64,000 bases of DNA from Actinomycetota bacterium. Its GTDB lineage: Bacteria > Actinomycetota > Acidimicrobiia > Acidimicrobiales > JAJPHE01. The DNA is taken from NCBI GenBank assembly GCA_027315345.1, contig DAHUYE010000060.1:99949-163948 (forward strand), given 5' to 3'. The notes under the pieces were generated by a model. That model worked only from the letters and a program-made list of their open reading frames with translations, was not told the origin of the DNA and made no database searches. Below, in pieces: positions 63,906 to 64,000 of the stretch. A program made the position numbers and the translations under genes. Numbering within the stretch: position 1 is the stretch's first letter; the number at the start of each line of letters is the position of its first letter.

Positions 63906-64000
63906 TTGACCTCCCGAACACGCCCTGGGGACGCACCAGCAACACGACCAGGACGATGACCAGGGTGATGCCGGACTCGTAGGCGATGCCGTAGGGCTGG
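63896..64000 (-). CDS. livH: LivH-type permease, 3' end only (continues beyond the window)
   Basis: The minus-strand translation ends ...ITLVIVLVVLLVRPQGVFGRSSAF followed by a stop, which matches the typical LivH C-terminus (RPQGLFG). It overlaps the downstream GTG start by 10 nt. Confidence 0.7.

Noticed and set aside
62148-63959. A 603-aa plus-strand ORF (and similar ORFs at 810-2186, 16188-17561, 26620-28062, 39197-40726, 44703-46220)
   Set aside because: All are antisense to, or out of frame with, genes that have clear motifs. Their sequences are Gly/Arg/Pro/His-rich low complexity. I treat them as GC-driven artefacts.

Overview
This is a very GC-rich chromosomal segment of actinobacterial type (GC not computed). 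Supporting signs are a BldC-family regulator, many 4-nt stop/start overlaps and frequent GTG/TTG starts. By eye I found no rRNA, tRNA, CRISPR array, transposase or integrase.

Layout:
- 1-2.3 kb: a 5'-truncated membrane-domain/tandem LivF-LivG-like ABC ATPase fusion.
- 2.3-16.2 kb: a phosphate and phospho-signalling neighbourhood. It holds a PtpB-like phosphatase, a degenerate orphan OmpR-type response regulator coupled to a ROK glucokinase, ppk1, CYTH-CHAD, Nudix, two histidine phosphatases and an LMW-PTP. It also holds a GDT1 transporter, pyrF, an ACT-malic enzyme and bldC.
- 16.3-18.8 kb: purM and purF.
- 18.9-45.3 kb: a glycan-assembly island of about 26 kb. It contains 6 GT2, 7 GT4, 1 GT-C, 4 SAM-methyltransferase domains, 2 hexapeptide acyltransferases, a Wzm/Wzt ABC exporter whose Wzt has a C-terminal extension, a Tat-signal TIM-barrel hydrolase-like protein, and an MprF-synthase-like protein.
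- 45.3-54.4 kb: purL, purQ, purS, purC, purB, purE, purD, purA.
- 54.4-64 kb: clpB, a P450, a DUF1640-like repeat protein, a BNR-propeller/MoaD-ThiS pair, and a LivFGMH-type ABC operon.

The best candidate for something undescribed is the methylation/acetylation-rich, ABC-transporter-dependent glycan island that interrupts the purine gene array and has no priming transferase or sugar-nucleotide genes.

Smaller sequence-level oddities:
- An exact 2x23-bp duplication creates two tandem 8-codon mini-ORFs chained by overlapping stop/start codons between purE and purB.
- The catalytic Cys of the LMW-PTP lies upstream of any canonical start codon.
- An AT-rich 23-bp inverted repeat sits between convergent genes.
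- Two genes carry in-frame DNA-level tandem repeats.

All functional calls come from motif recognition by eye. No database search was run.
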